This document shows positions 26,101-41,527 of a stretch of DNA of 64,000 bases, piece by piece. The stretch comes from Octopus vulgaris (Eukaryota): contig OX597826.1 of the NCBI GenBank assembly GCA_951406725.2, forward strand, positions 16,430,001 through 16,494,000, given 5' to 3'. The position numbers and the translations under genes are program-made. Numbering within the stretch: the stretch's first letter is position 1; every line of letters starts with the position of its first letter. Under the pieces are notes generated by a model that saw nothing but the letters and a program-made list of their open reading frames with translations, was not told where the DNA came from and made no database searches.

Positions 26101-26449
26101 TTTTACATACATGCATAAATGAATATGATCGAGTGGAAAATGTATTACATCCATGTAGGAAGTTTTTGTGACGCTCTTTATCAAGATATATGCAATTCTT
26201 TATGAATTTAAAGTCTGCTATCCTCCAAAAAATGAAGAATACTAGAGGTTATAATATTAGTCATATAGGTGTGAAATTACGCGGCAGTTTTTCATAAATG
26301 CATTAGGTTATCACACATGAAATGTCGCATTTTTAATTAATTGTTATTTCAGTCATTTGAAATCTCAATTATGTATACCCTTGCATTTAATCTTGACTCT
26401 TTCTCTTTCCTAACAATATTGGTGCGCAAAATTCTTACCCACGAATCTA

Positions 26450-27399
26450 ATGAAAATGATAACAACCAACGAATGTTGAGGGATTTTCTTGTATGAGTAC
26501 AAACTGGATTATTCTGCCACAGAAGCTCTACAGAATATTAAGCATGCTTTGGTAATGGTGTTGTTGACACCAGAACTGTTCAGAGACCTCGTTCAGATGA
26601 TAGTCTTGATAATGAACCAAGGGGGAGGCTAAAATGAATTACTCGGCACGATGGATTAAATGCTTTGTTTGAACAGAATCCGAAAACAACGGTGCGAAAA
26701 TTTTCATCAAACTCCAAACATCTCGCATAACTTTTTACCGACACCTGAAAAAATTGGATAGGTCTGTTCCACATAAACTGAACGAGATTTATAAAAACAG
26801 GTGCCTCGACGTGTGTTCCGTATTGCTTTCACGACTGGAGAAAAAAATATTTTTGCATCGAATCATTACATGTCATCAGAAATGGAGAACAGGACAATGA
26901 TTAAATGCACGAGAGTCACCTAAACACTACGCAAACCCATCATTGCACCCTAAAAAGTTAGTGGTCATTGTATGGTGGTCTGCAAAGTGGGTTATTCGTT
27001 ATTCATTTTAAAACAAGGAAAAGTGGTAAGGGCAATATCGTATTGCCAGGAAAATGATTGTATGCACGAGAATTTGAAAAAGCAACCCAGATTAGTGAAT
27101 AGAGATGACCCAATTTTGCTCCAAGACAATTCACGTCTTCACGCTTCTCAAGCTACATCTAAACAATGAGATTTTGCAACATCCTTTCTATTACCTGATG
27201 TCTCTCTTACTCATTATCAATTATTTAAGCATTTTCAGCTTTTCATAAGCAAGAAAACATTCTTAAGTAGACAAGAGGTAATAGAAGTATACGGACAGTT
27301 TTTCACAGCAAAATATGAACTTTTTTTAAAGATGGAAAATATGACTTAGACAAACGTAGGGTAAAGGTCATAAATGAACATGGATCATACTTTGGTTAA
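26450..27399 (+). pseudogene. Mariner (DD34D) transposase pseudogene
   Basis: YEYKLDYSATEALQNI, VPHKLNE (WVPHEL), RIITCHQKW (TGDEKW), LHPKKLVVIVWWS, LLQDNSRLH (HDNARPH), HPFY.PDVS (YSPDLAP), VINEHGSYFG*. Frameshifted, and TIRs were not confidently recognised. Confidence 0.9.
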
Positions 27400-28325
27400 A
27401 TACATCAGTTTTTTAACACTTCTGAAACATTTTATTGTTACCTTTCATGCATGACAACATAATATTTTCAAATACAACCGACACACGTACAATAAAAAGT
27501 GCACATACAATACTTACATAAGCTCTATACATTCATACGAGCTAGGAGACAGTCGACGTTTTAAGCATCCAATGGTGTAAATGTGGATAGTTGTGCTAAA
27601 CCTTTTATGGGACCCAAATTGGCCCCACTGCTGTATTAGATGTTGCTCTTCATATTATTTCCTCTATTTTTTTAGGCAAAGCTCCTCGACGTTGAAAGGC
27701 ATGGCTGATTCAAATGATATAAATGCTGAACGTGAGTCTAGCGGAAGGTCTCTCCTTTTGTTGCTCTTAACACTTAAGACGTTTTCATTAATAATGCCCT
27801 TAGAACATGTCAATTGACCCGTCGTCTTTTACCGAAAATAACCTTACCAATATGTAGATATTTGCTAGGGATACATTTGTATTACTTTTCCCTAACCCCT
27901 ACTCCTTCTTTCTCTCCGATCTCATCAGTATCTAGAATTCCTTTCCTTTTGCGTGACACATTCGTATATATTACTTCTCTATTTTAATGTTTCAAAGCAT
28001 TCAAGTGTTTCAGGTTGTACGCGTCATGTTTCCTTCCAGGTTACCACTGAGCATGTCGACACATAAACTCGTTTTCCTATTTTTTCAGCCACATTTCTTG
28101 TTATATTTGAAGGGAGTAAATCATTTACTCTGGGTGATGTGGCAAATATTTCTACCGTTATTTTGCAGTGGCACGTAAATTTTCTCCTGCATTTTTATCA
28201 CATATATTGATTTATACGCATATTGAATGGAAACACCAAAAGGAACGTTTGCTTGTAAAAAGTTTTGCTAGATTTTCCATTCACGTGAGCAGTATTCCTA
28301 TACAAGTTTATATAAGCGTATATGT

Positions 28326-28434
<109 letters not shown>

Positions 28435-29477
28435 TTGCTTATTACAGTCTCTCTTGCATTTTGAACTAATCAGTTCAAGCAATCCAAAATTACATTTGTA
28501 CATTTTTTCGCAAATCTTTCAGAATTTTTCCTGCATAAGTTCAATGAAACGGAAAGAGAGCTCTCATAGATTAAAGGCCGGTATATTTCATGTGCTCTGA
28601 TATGTTTCACTAAGAACGGATTGTCCGTTCATGTCATTTAATTTCCTAATGTCTTCAGAGAGTTATAATTCCAAGATAATTTCGAATGAAAATGTCCTGA
28701 CCTTAGAAAGAACTAAACTATATATTGATCGCGTGAATCTAATGTATCTTTGTTTCTGCAGTTACTTTGTCATTATATTGCTTTCTAACAGATGAAGGAA
28801 GGAGTACAAAGTTCTAATGTTATTTAAGTAGCTTAAAAAGCATTTAAAAATATAATCAGCTAAGGTGCTTTAATTACCGAATGTACCATTCAATTAGAAT
28901 TTGCTAGAATACTGTAGCATTTATTCTCAGACCAATTCAATATGAGGAAGCTAATCATACAAAAACGTGCGGTATTGAATATTAATCAACTAAATGTAGA
29001 AAGACAATTTGATGGGTTCTTGGTTTACACAATAACAAACAATTCACTACTTTATAGATAGAAATAGAATGCAAAGTGGATAATCAAAATGTGAAGTGCG
29101 TCATATATTTGAAACTCATTTGATGAATATCTTTTAGATTTAGGCAAGGATGATTTCCGAATCTCAGTTCAGCAATTTGTGCTGAATGGACTCGACAATT
29201 AATTTAATGGTATACTATGTCAGACGTCGATTTTATTTAGTTATTTAGTGGCGGGAAGTAGGTTAATTATCTCCATATTTCCACAAAAACAGCCCTGTCC
29301 AATACATCAATATGCAACTCTTTTTCCACGCTGATATCTATCTGGAACATCCTTATAGTTTAAATAAAGTTATCATATGACCTTAAAAAAAGGCGGTTCT
29401 TTTGCCTTGTTGTCAGACTGAAAATTATTATCACTCATGTGTTGGAGGACCAGGAATGGTATTCCCTCTCTCAAATT

Positions 29478-29710
29478 AAGGCGGCGAGCTGGCAGAATCG
29501 TTAGCACGCCGGGCGAAATGCTTAGCGGTATTTCATCTGCCGCTACGTTCTGAGTTCAAATTCCGCTGAGGTCGACTTTGCCTTTCATCATTTCGGGGTC
29601 GATTAAATAAGTACCAGTTACGCACTGGGGTCGATATAATCGACTTAATCCGTTTGTCTGTCCTTGTTTGTCCCCTCTGTGTTTAGCTCCTTGTGGCTAG
29701 TAAAGAAATA
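29478..29710 (+). mobile_element. Family 2 SINE, full length, with imperfect 19-bp TSD
   Basis: GGTATTCCCTCTCTCAAAT (29458-29476) versus GGTATTCACTCAGTCAAAT (29711-29729). Confidence 0.92.
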
Positions 29711-29797
29711 GGTATTCACTCAGTCAAATCCTGGGTGATTATCTGGTTACATGAAAGAGAGAGAGAGACAGAGAGACACACAGAGAGAGACAGAGAG

Positions 29798-29836
<39 letters not shown>

Positions 29837-30739
29837 AATGAGGAATGATAGAGAAGTGGAAAGAGAGAGAGAGAAGAGAGATTTAGAGGAAAAGAGAGAG
29901 AGAGAGTCAAGATATCTTGCATGCTGCTTGCGCGTGTGTGAGTTAACGAAATGACGTTACAAGGTAATACTTGATACTTTTTTGCAACTGACGGCTCTGG
30001 TAGTATTTGAATATACTGGCATAGATTGTTTTAAAAACATATTATTACAGAATATACCAGAATAAAATCTTTTTTCCGATTTTCCAGTTTTACAGACAGA
30101 TGTTAGCTACAAATCCTTTCTAGGGTTATTTGCTTATGGTACAGTTATAGAACTTTGTGAAACTCCCAATGAACAGGTGAGATGGTGCAAATATTTCTCA
30201 AATTAGTATTACATGTAATTTGATAATTACTGCCCTATAATATTTCGTATACTATATGATTTATTTAGGCAAGCCAAATGCGGTACTATGTAAATACATA
30301 TAATTTTGTGTGTGAGTGTGTTTTTTAGTCTGTATGTCTGCGTATATGTGTATGCATATACACATACACACATACACACAAACGCGCACACAAACACATC
30401 AATTTTAGGGTAACTATCTCAAATTTTATCAGTAATTTTAATGTGTACATGTTTTAATAGCAAGTAATGAAAAAAAATATTTTGCTAGAAGAAATTTTGT
30501 TGTGATAAACCATATTTGCATTAATTATTTCCAAATGACGGTGCCATTATAGTTTGTAAAGCAATCTACTGAAACCCCTAGAGAATTTGAAAATTACTGC
30601 AAGAAAATCAAAAATCTGTATCACATTAAAAGCTTTTCTTCATATCCTGTTTAAATTAAACATAAATTAGGTAATAATTAACTGTCAATCAATCTTATGT
30701 TAATAGAATTTTTGAATTTGGGCGTACGAATATTTTGGA

Positions 30740-31105
30740 GGCACAGGCGTGTCTATGCGGCACCTTGGGCAAGTGTCTTCTGCGATAGTCTTGGGCCGAT
30801 CAAAGCTTTTTGAGTGAATTTGATACATGGAAACCGTCATGTATATATACATATATGTGTATGTACGTGTATGTGTGTATGTGCGTGTGCGTGTGTATGT
30901 GTGTGTATGTGTGTGTGTGTTATGTGTGTGTTTGCGTTTGCTGACTCACAACCGTTGTTAGTGTGTTTAAATGTCCGTAACTTAGCGGCTGGGCAAAAGG
31001 AACCGATAAAATAAGTATTAGGCTTCAAAAGTTCACAACTAAATTTCTTCAAGGTGATGCCCCGACACAGCATTAGTCTAATGAATGTAAGACGTAAAAG
31101 ATAAA
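30740..31105 (+). mobile_element. Family 3 SINE, old copy with internal (TG)n
   Basis: GCACCTTGGGCAAGTGTCTTCT and CCGTAACTTAGCGG...GCAAAAGGAACCGATA correspond to the reverse complement of 38254-38660. Confidence 0.75.
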
Positions 31106-32924
31106 AGGAGGTTGAAGTATAAAACAGTGGAAACATTCCTGGAATATGACTGCTTATTATGAGTGGTAGTTAATACACATTCATTATAGTAGTGTCATAT
31201 AAAATCGATGTATTTACACATAACAATAATTAAATATTTCGTTAAGAATGAAGTTTTGTTGTAGTTATACAGAAATTTTTAATTTAAATAAAGTAATAAA
31301 TTTGTATACCATTGAAATAAATATTTGGAAACACACAATTAGGCACATAAATGTCTGGAAAATGCTCACATTTTAGCCATTATTTTCGGTTATTTGCTTT
31401 ATAGCAATTGTGCAATATTATTAAGAAAACAGCTTTTATTGAATTTTTACAGACAAAATTGAAAGACGTGAAACTAAGGTAACTATAGGAAATGGCATTA
31501 TTATATAATAAATAATTTATTGTTATATTGTTATATATGCTTTAAAGTAGATGATAAAAGAGTTTCACTAACACAAAGTGAAACCAATGAAAACATTCTA
31601 ATTGTAGTAGCAGCAGTAGTAGTAGTTATTTTTGCTCTTGTTTCATTTTTGCCAATAGATCACATTCATACTTGAAATGTATATAAGTGTGTTAACTTAT
31701 ATAAAAATCAGGGTGATTGCACAAAGAATATGTTGGTTATGGAAAGCCCAGCGATATTTGGAAAATATATTTGAAGGAAGTATGAAAACAAATGAGGTGT
31801 TACACATAATCAGACACACATTCAGGCACATAAACATACAGACACAGACACACAAACACACACACACACATTTGCACCCGCTATAAGTGTAGCAAGATAA
31901 CCAGGCTGGCACAGAGTCGGAAAACACCACGAATATACAAAGATACAACCCAACTTATGAAAATAGGAAGAGAGACGCATGTAAGGACTTTCTTCACGAA
32001 AGAATGATCATCCGATGCCCCGATGGTATTATAGAACATGGATGTAATTTTTAATATGTTTTCATTTCAATGTTTCCAGCTCAAATTTCTCCTTTTCAAA
32101 TAAAACATCGGCCCCATTGATATAATTCAGGACGCACATTCTGGGTCAGATAGATTACTCGCAGGATCCTGAATTTCAGCTGCATCGACGTAGAGGTATG
32201 CCTCATTGATTGTAAAATGCATCTGATTTAATTTCATGCTCCGCATCTTTTACCATTTTTCAGCTTTTGAAATTATTTTAACAGTCCTAGATTGAATGCT
32301 GCCACATTACTTCCAATACTACCCCGACAAAGTTACCCGTGGTTTTCTCCAGCAAAGGTGTTACTCTACTCCATAGCTAAATCTCTTTAGGTTACTAAGG
32401 CATAATTTCTGTCGGTGGCATTGATCATCAGAAGGTAGTGAACATTTGTCAGTAGTACGAATATCAGTCGCCCATTTCTAAATTTATTTCACCCACCTCC
32501 CACAAAGAAACAAACTGTGCAAAATATTCTTACAAAGGTGACGGAACTCGCTCATTGCGAAAAACATTTTCTGAAGTGCTGCAACAAACGCATGTCAGCG
32601 CATTATTATCCACATTATACTAACCCTTCTTTATAGTAAGTCCAACATCAGTTGGACTGTCTAAGCAGTAGAATGCTTTGCTTTCTAAAACAAACACAAA
32701 AAATGAAGAACAGGTTCTCTTACCTGGTCAACTGTAACCAGCGCTAAATGGAGACTGGCAAAATTATAACATTAAATTGGAAATAAAATCCTGTCACACT
32801 TTTCACATGCTCACTTTTGTGCGTATTTTTCCATGTTTCCCGTATAATAAGTGTTAATTTTTTTTTCTAAACTCTGTATTTGTATTTCTTTGTTCGCAGA
32901 TAATGTTGAATTTATCCTTTTAAA

Positions 32925-33620
32925 ATGAGTTCAGACTCGATGTATATCAGAACCTGCATGTCATATGAATTAAAAATGAACACTTCTACAATGGAATCGG
33001 TACGATATTCGTCATGTCTATGTAATGAATCTTTATGTATCCGGGCATACCAACGATGGGCTGAACTTTTCTCCTCGGAAAATGCTTATCCCGCAGGTTC
33101 CCTTCGATCCTGACAGGCAAGTCCTGTCGATATTTATCTTCTAAAACATGTAGTTGAAGAAAACCCCAGAACTTGACGAGAATTAGCAAAGCGGTGCAAT
33201 TCAAGTCAGACGTCATAAAACATAAAATAGCTTTGTGAACGGTGAAAAATGCCTAGACTTGGCCTGTGAGTTTTTCATCATCTGATTGCTTCTTAGCTTA
33301 ATCGAAGTGTTGTCCTCAAACCTTTATTTTAAAATGAACATCGTACAGAAAACCTCTTGGTATCCACTTCACAGGTGAAAAACGAATTCCGTTTATTCAT
33401 TTTCAACGAAAGCAACAATGGTTAGCAATCAGTGAAAAAGGACCTGCCATGCCAAAACAGTGTCTATAACTGAAAAAATACTGCACTGTATTTGGTTGAA
33501 TATTTAAGGTGTCGTCTTTCGTGAAGTGTGAAACCAAACGAAACAATGTCAACTGGAAACGTTCTATAATTATTTGCAGAAAAAAATGTATTTGTTATTT
33601 GTCCCTCGTAAACGTACGTG
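32925..33620 (+). pseudogene. Highly decayed mariner transposase, N-terminal half
   Basis: IRTCMSYEL...RAYQRWAELFSSE...RS (HTH1 to RSGRP pattern), followed by a TGDEKW-like segment, QRKQQWL and HCIWLN. Confidence 0.6.
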
Positions 33621-33799
33621 GCTGAGTAGAAGACAATATAGTCTTGTTGCACCATGACTGCCACTTTGTTTTCTGGGGAAAATGACATTACTCATAGAGT
33701 TTATCAAACGTATGCAGACACACCTTTACTGTATCCAATGTCTAACCAAATTCTGCAGAAGTAACTGAGAGCCAATGACACAAACAGAGTGATCGAGAA

Positions 33800-36700
33800 A
33801 AGATATCCCTGAGAAGTTGAAAATCTGATAAGAAACGGTCCCAGTAGATGGTTACTTAATATCATTAGAGTTGTACATTCTCTCTGAAAACTCCCAACAA
33901 TTAACATATTTGAATAAAATCGGCAGCTTTTAGGCCAGCATCCAAGTAGCAGCAGCTAACATAATCGAAAATTATCAATTAATTCTAATCGATTAGAGCT
34001 ACATCAGAGCCAGGTTGTTACCCAAACTCTGATAAATGGCATGGAGTAGAGATTATCAGGAATAAATTTGCATGAAATCTTACATGTCTGCAAATTTCCG
34101 ACAATACCGACTACTGTTGCCGATGGTTTTTCTAATTCTTCGACTAAAATCTTAATCTCAGTATGTACCAAACAATGCCCATCCACATCCACATACCATC
34201 GCCTATATTCTAACAGCTGTTATAGGAAGTTTTTAGTAGAGTGTGTCTACTGTAGCGGAGGGAGCCATAATGTCACTAACTGAAGGACAATACCATTTCT
34301 AGCTCGTCATTTGGTCAAACCTTCCAAAATTCTAGTTCTTACACATAATTATCTATCGAAAATCTATTTCTGACATGTTTCCAAGACAGACATGCACCAG
34401 CTAGGTGCATGGGATGGTCTTCGTTAGCATGTTTTAGATAATGCTGTATAGTTCTATCAATGTAAACGCCATCTTTCACTTTGAAGAAATAGTTCAATCA
34501 CCATTCTTTGCATAACGTCTGACTCTATTAGTTGACTATGAATTTACTCTTTAGCCCTACCTCTAATCTATTTTTCTGTATCATTATCATTAGCTGAAAG
34601 GTACGAATTCAATTCTAATCATCTCTTCAGAGGATGATTGTTTCTGAGTCATTTAATAATAATTGGGACGGCACAGACATGATAAACTGGATTTAAAATA
34701 TATGGAAGTCGTTATATAAATGTACAAATACATACACGAGTGTAAAATACCACGTCCTAGATAGGTTCGGTTGTTGTTTTGTGGCGACCACATCTACTGT
34801 TAATCACCTTTTGAAAACTTGTATAATTTGCAAAATAACTCCACTGAAATTATAGCTTGTCCGATGAGAGCACTTTGGACTTAGAGTCTCCATTTTCTTC
34901 TAAATGAACAGATTTTTTCCATCTTTCTCTTCCCTGCTATTCACTATTTCGAGTTTCCTTTGTTTAAATATGCATCTTTGCACATCGTACACAACAATTC
35001 TTTCGGCGAGGATTAGTAAAGTTATTTCAACCTTCCACAGCCTTCATTTTTTTTTTTACTCATTTCTTTATTAATCTCCCGTTGTGCACTCACATGCTCC
35101 CTACTTTCCATTCTATCTGCTACGTCACAGAAAATTTGGAATATACTTTGCTGGGACAAATTCTCTTATGAAAGTCGTGAGTTGGTTGTATACTTCAGTG
35201 TCATCTCCTTCGACTATTGGTGCTACTGAAAGATCAGTAACTGCTGAGGAGTATGGCCTTAATTTCAAAATGACTTGTTCTCAATAGGTTTTCTAGTGAT
35301 TACATTTACTCTCAATATTGATAACCTTTGTGATCGAGGTCAGTACTCTCATTGATCTCTAGTAGTAGTAAGCACATTTGACCTCTGCTGACCCAAAAGG
35401 TGTGAGGTCGCTTTTGTCTCCTTATTGCACAGGAATGTCCATTGGGGACCTTCTTACCATCTGCCGAATCTATTTACATATCTGTGAAATTTGGTCTATT
35501 CATCAAGAGTAGTAACTTGGTGAATAGACCAGAAGGTTGCTAATATAGATCCTGTGTTATTATCTCACCTAGAGGCGGTAATAATCTTCGTAAAATAAGA
35601 ATTTAAGTTGTATGCGATTTGATATACCTCCGTTCGTCTCTGCTGCTCAAATACATCCACTGGCCACTATAAGCGATTTCTCTTTCAACATTATTTTAAA
35701 GTTATACCTGTGTGCCTGTGTCTGTGTCATTGTCTCTGTATGTGTGTGTGTGTGTGTGTGCGCGCGTGCAAGTGTGTACACTTAATTATATGAGTATACA
35801 TGTATCTATATATATTGCTCTCTTCAGATCATGCTGTATATCTCTACTAATATTATCCATTGAATTAAGAATATAGTGTGGGAAACGTTTTGTAGCAACT
35901 GCCCTGCGCCACGTACTCAATGAATACCTGTATGCAATTTTGCATCCTGTATACAAATTGTACATCATAGAAAATCCACAACCTACAGTAAGCCAACGGT
36001 GGAGAAATCGTGTAGCAGTGTATCTTGTATAACATAATAAAAGCTGCTGGTTGCTATATGAAAAAACTGTTGAAATCGTCTCACATTAAGCTATAATGAA
36101 TATATATGAAAAGTAACGATTCTGGTGCCAAAACACAATTATTCTTGACTGAATAAACGTTTACAATGTTTTACTAAGTACTTACAATCAATCGTTCTTC
36201 GATATTGTGTCTCCTCACTTTTTACTTTCTAGCCTCTAGAACGTTTTTTTTTTCTTATTTCTGAAAACTATATTTTTTTCAATGTCTCCATCTTCGACTT
36301 CAAAATTTTCAATTCCAATATCTTTTCATAGATACTAAAACGAAGATCTACTAAAATTGGTAGAGTATCTCGGGAAATTCATGCAAATATATTTTCATAA
36401 AGTGTGAGTGTATTTAAGCAATTTCCGAAGAACCACGGATTCTGTATTTTATCTTGCCTTTCTACAAACATCTGCAAACTCTTTCCAGATTTATTCTTTT
36501 TGAAGTCATCTCAAACTCACCATATGCAATATTTTCTTAGATTTTTCCTGCTAATGCATTTCAGTTTTCCCTTATATTAAAATATCATTTCGTTTTCTGA
36601 TATTTGAGTAAGAGTTACTTGTTAGAAACATATTTCATTAATTATTAGCTAAGTATTTCTCAACGGAAATGCGAACAATTTCTATGTTTTGATTTTTATA

Positions 36701-37400
36701 CCAAATGTGATTTATGGCTGTGAATAATTCAAACAACATTAATGCAGAAGTTTGAATTTTCCAAACGTTCAATTTACGCTTGCATTACATTTGCAACTGT
36801 GTGTTTCAGTCTACCGAATGGAATATTTCTGCCTGTACATATCCCCGCCTTATAATGATGGTCGTCATTCGAAAATGAAACTATTCTCTCGTGTCAGTCG
36901 CCAGTGAGCCCCCATTTTCTTGAACAATATAGTTACTCTGGATATCAGCAAATACTTCGATCGTAACTACCACAAAAATCATTTTAAAATATGTCACTGG
37001 TCATCATCCATTCCTTCTCAGGCCGATCGATAACTCCCTCCCTCAGATCGTATAATCCTATTGTGTCCTGAGAAAGGATTATCTCTCCCTCAATTTATCA
37101 GCTGTAGTGTTTACCAGATTTTAGTTTTCTCCCCAACACTATTCCGCCTAAACCTCAACTTCCTCCTTGACCCACACCTCAGCAATACTGAAACACCTAC
37201 AACCAATTCTCCCTTCGTTACTAATTTGCTTATTATCTTCCCTGGATGCTGCATTTCTGCTTACATTTTGTCAATGTAAGATTATTGTCAGGTATTTTCT
37301 CCCTATGACAATCACATCTGTTTAGCGATTTCACATTTATTTTGGCGGTTCTACATTTGATTTGTTTTTTTAATTTTCCCTTCATTACATTAACCTTGTC
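33800..37400 (-). mobile_element. Very old APE/RT LINE-like remnants
   Basis: Weak motif echoes only (VDGH...KILVEELEKP, resembling GPDGI...LKxxxxELxxP; an ExW-like endonuclease motif near 37180). Confidence 0.25.
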
Positions 37401-37879
37401 GCGTTCTGAAGCCCTTAATGAAGCCCTTAATGTTGAATCGGAGGGCTAGAGTTACCGAGAATATATATCTGTATCCTTATAAAAAGTAGAGTTTGTTTGT
37501 TTGTTTGTTTGCTTTTTTTTTGGTTGTTTGTACGTTGACTGCAGAAAACATTAAAAATAATTTACACTTCAGGTTCTTGTGTCATTTAAATTAATTTGAC
37601 CATTCCACGGATAACTGTGCTCTTATTTTTCGAAAACTAATTGATAGGGGTCAACTTGGTGGTGTATTGGTTACTATTTCGTACTGTCTATTTCACCGTA
37701 ATACTTTCCACAGAGGAGAAAAAATACCCCACCTATCACTCAATCCACCTCCAACTTTCTCTAAGTTTATACACTACATTTGTTCCTTGGCAGTCGACGC
37801 CGGATCTCTGCTTTCTCCTTGACACTCTCTATGTCCCTGTCACTCTCACTATCTCCCTCTCCCTCTCTCCCTTTCTTTT

Positions 37880-37910
<31 letters not shown>

Positions 37911-38253
37911 ACCTCTATCTCTTTTTCTCTATATAGAAAAAAATACGTGAGACACATAGAAAGGGGTTTAGGGACAAAAAGCAAGTGAGACGCAGGACCT
38001 CTGCATTCTCTCTTTCTATATGTCCCTCTCTATGTCTCTATCTCCCTCTCTGTCCTTCTCTCTGGTTGCTTATGTGTGTTTCTCTCTCACTACTTCTATC
38101 TCTGTTTCTCTCTAGAGGAAAAAGGATTGTGGAGTGGTACACGTATGTTTGTGACTGAACTACAGCCTTGCATTATCGAAGTGTTTTGCATTATCAAAGG
38201 AAAAGACAGAAAGACAGAAAAAGGGAAAAGTTCCTAGCTATTTGAAGACTATA

Positions 38254-38660
38254 CTCTTTACTCTCTCTTTTACTTGTTTCAGTCATTTGACTGCGGCCAT
38301 GCTGGAGCACCGCCTTTAGTCGAGCAAATCGACCCCAGGACTTATTCTTTATAAGCCCAGTACTTATTCTATCGGTCTCTTTTGCCGAACCGCTAAGTGA
38401 CGGGGACGTAAACACACCAGCATCGGTTGTCAAGCAATGCTAGGGGGACAAACACAGACACACAAACACACACATACATATACATATATATACATATATA
38501 CGACAGGCTTCTTTCAGTTTCCGTCTACCAAATCCACTCACAAGGCATTATTCGGCCCGGGGCTACAGCAGAAGACACTTGCCCAAGATGCCACGCAGTG
38601 GAACTGAACCCGGAACCATGTGGTTGGTAAAGAAGCTACTTACCACACAGCCACTCCTGC
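38254..38660 (-). mobile_element. tRNA-derived SINE family 3 (CORE-like TTGGGCAAGT motif, internal microsatellite), full length
   Basis: Minus head GCAGGAGTGGCTGTGTGGTAAG...GGTTCAGTTCC (A/B boxes) and a (GAGTAAA)-like tail. Partial copies at 46588-46755, 50646-50805 and 1585-1740. Confidence 0.9.
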
Positions 38661-40739
38661 ACTATGGAAATAATTACAAAAGATTTTATTTAATTTTTCT
38701 TTCAGTTTAATAGTTTCACTTCTTAATTACTAACTACCTTTGCTTTTTTCTTAGTTGAAAAAGTCGAAAGGACTCAAACAGGGACTAACCGTCGCAAAAT
38801 TTATTTCATGATCAAATTATTTTGGTCATTTTCTACCTTGTCTTAATTTCCCTATACATACTAACTCGTGTTTGTACGTATATCATTATTATTGTTGTTG
38901 TTTTCGTCGTTGATGTTGTATATTTTCCCCTTGCTCTGTAAATGTTGTTGTTCTTGTTATTATTATCATTGGTATTACTAAGACTGCAAGCTGGCAGAAT
39001 CATCAGCAGGATGGGGAATATGTTTAGCGCCATTCATCCATCTTTGTTCATCCGTTCTCCAAGATCGACTTTACTGTTCATCCTTTCGTGGCCTGTCAAA
39101 TATGTACCAGTTGAGCACTGGGGACAAGGTAAGCGATAAACCTCCTCCCCAGAAATTCAGGCCGTGCACCTATCATGAAAAAGAAGATCATTATCATATT
39201 TTTCATTCTTATTTATATTGTCTGACGAAAACACACTATTTCTAGCTATTTCGTTTTTATTACTAATATATACACATTCTCGAATGGTTACTATATTTAT
39301 GTTCCCCGATGAATGAGAGATCCTGAAAGTTACTAAATAACAGAATACACATATTTCAACGCTCACTATTATGTAGCAAAAGTAATATTTATCATCGTAT
39401 TTTATGGCTGTTTCGATAATTTCGATGACCATAAAATGAAAGCGTTCTGATATTGGTAAAAAAAGTATTTGTTTTTTATATATAGATATATAACGACTAA
39501 TCAAAATTGAAAAATATGCGATCGAACACAGACAAATAAATATACTCACGTATATCACACACACACACATACACGCATGCATGTATGTATGTATATATGT
39601 ATTCATACACACACATACATGATATATGATATATTAAAGTACAAAAGGTAGCTTCCCATAGTGCAAAAATTAACACTGCTGTTGTTAGGAAAGTGCGTGG
39701 TAAGAATGAGTGAGAAAGACGTGCATATGAGGACTAAATACAGGTACAAACTCAGACACATTCACACACATACAAACACTTTTAGAACAAGTAAACACAC
39801 ACAGGTCAATATATGTACATGTGTGATAGAGTGATCTTTACATGTAATGGATGGACGTGTTTAGCGTTCGTTTTTATTTCTGTATTTCTTTGTGCCTCAC
39901 TATTTATCCAGTGGTTCGACCAATGTATCATGAAGTAATTTATTGTAGTGTAGATTTAACATTTATCTATCGAATTATCTATATATATTATAAACATTTG
40001 TCTTCCTGTGTTTATAAATGTGAAACCCTATGTTGTATAAGGCATTTTTTCAGCTATCTATATATGCTAGTTGCCATATTCCTGCCTTTTCATGTAAATT
40101 CTAGATCACTAAGTCCTAAGGATGCATGTTTTGCAACTATCTATATATAATTTCTTCGGAAAAGATATGTAGTCCTATGGCCTAGATGCGGACTATTCAA
40201 TCTATATAATATCAAGTGCTTCTCGAATTAACTTATCCTAAAATAGGAATGCGGTGTGCTCCGGTAGGTAATGCCCATAGACCCTGACATCGAAAATCGA
40301 ATCTACACAAATAGAGAAGATACAAGGAAAGATTGTGGAAAGTGTAAAGAGGGGAGAAAAAGATTAGGTATAAAGAAAGGAAAAATGACAAACGATAATG
40401 AGGGTAAAATGAAATTACTGCAAAATTTCGTGATGCATTGTGTGGTATGACAAACGAGAAAGATGGCGATAATAGGGAAAAAAGGGTGTTTTCAAGGAAA
40501 AAGAGAGCAAAATATGAACAACGGTGATAGGTAATATCTTACACAAACCAGAATGATAAAACTGGTTAAAGAGTATGCTTAAGATTTCCTAGGTAAATCA
40601 AAGGATTATAGAAGAAATAAATGGCCTGATATTATTAACAGAGTGGAGGGGTGATTATGGGGGCCCTTGTATCAGAAAATGGGCGTTCAATTTTCTCTTG
40701 CACGTACACTAAATATGTGTATGTAACTACACACTTGCA

Positions 40740-40900
40740 GTTGGTGATGTTTTCTCTTTCTTTGGACATTTTCGACGAACAAAGAGCTATGCTCGAAACG
40801 TCATGAGACTTCCCTTTCTACTGAGCGTCAACTTAATACATTTTTGTACACATCTCCTTATAGCTTGTTTGTTATTGTTCATTTTATGGTTTAATTATTA
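40740..40900 (+). mobile_element. Diverged family A element with hammerhead-like motif (40772-40802)
   Basis: TCGACGA-ACAAA-GAGC-TAT-GCTC-GAAA-CG-TC followed by CTGAGCGTC as in 50934-50942. Confidence 0.6.
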
Positions 40901-40929
40901 GATTTGAATTGAAATATATATTTTTTTTT

Positions 40930-41527
40930 CTGCGGTCACCAAGGCGTTTTACCTTCTGTTCGTCACTGTGTACCTCGGGAACAGACTTTGTACAAAGTTT
41001 GCAAATGTTCAGACCTTCATGAAAAATTCTTTATGAACATTTGCAACACAAACTCGAAACTGTATGCTGATTGCCATTATGTACACACAACGGTCTTCAT
41101 AAACAACATTGTGGATTTCCTCAATGGCATCTATTGTCCAGGAGTCCATCTCTCTTTCACGCATCTCATTGTTTCTTATCTCCACTCTGCAATACTTGAA
41201 ACGCTTGTGCCAGCGAAAGTCAAATGCTCGGCTCCATAAGCAGTCCGGATCCTTTCATAAGTTTCTGTATCATTTTTACCCAATTTAACACAAAATATTT
41301 GGACATAGCGAGTTTCCAGATGGTCTGTCACCTAGTAATCTGTGACAAGCAGTGTTTAGTAGGATATGTTCAATGTGTTGTTTCAGCCACCCCCTTCAAT
41401 CTGGTATTAATAATTGACAAGTTACATTATTATATGTATAGAAATGATATAAAAAATTGCAGCCAACTAGGACAGTTATAACTGACTCTCTTAAAAATGT
41501 TTCTGAATTTTTTTACCACCTCGTATA
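40930..41527 (-). mobile_element. Mariner 5' fragment with TA-CGAGG terminus
   Basis: Minus strand starts TATACGAGGTGGTAAAAAAATTC and encodes FCVKLGKNDTETYERIRTAYG...RWHKRFK (mariner HTH1). Confidence 0.75.

Noticed and set aside
32724-32754. Possible 31-nt minus-strand micro-exon (ttttgccag|...ccag|gtaaga)
   Set aside because: Splice-like motifs are expected by chance in 64 kb, and there are no neighbouring exons or homology to support it.
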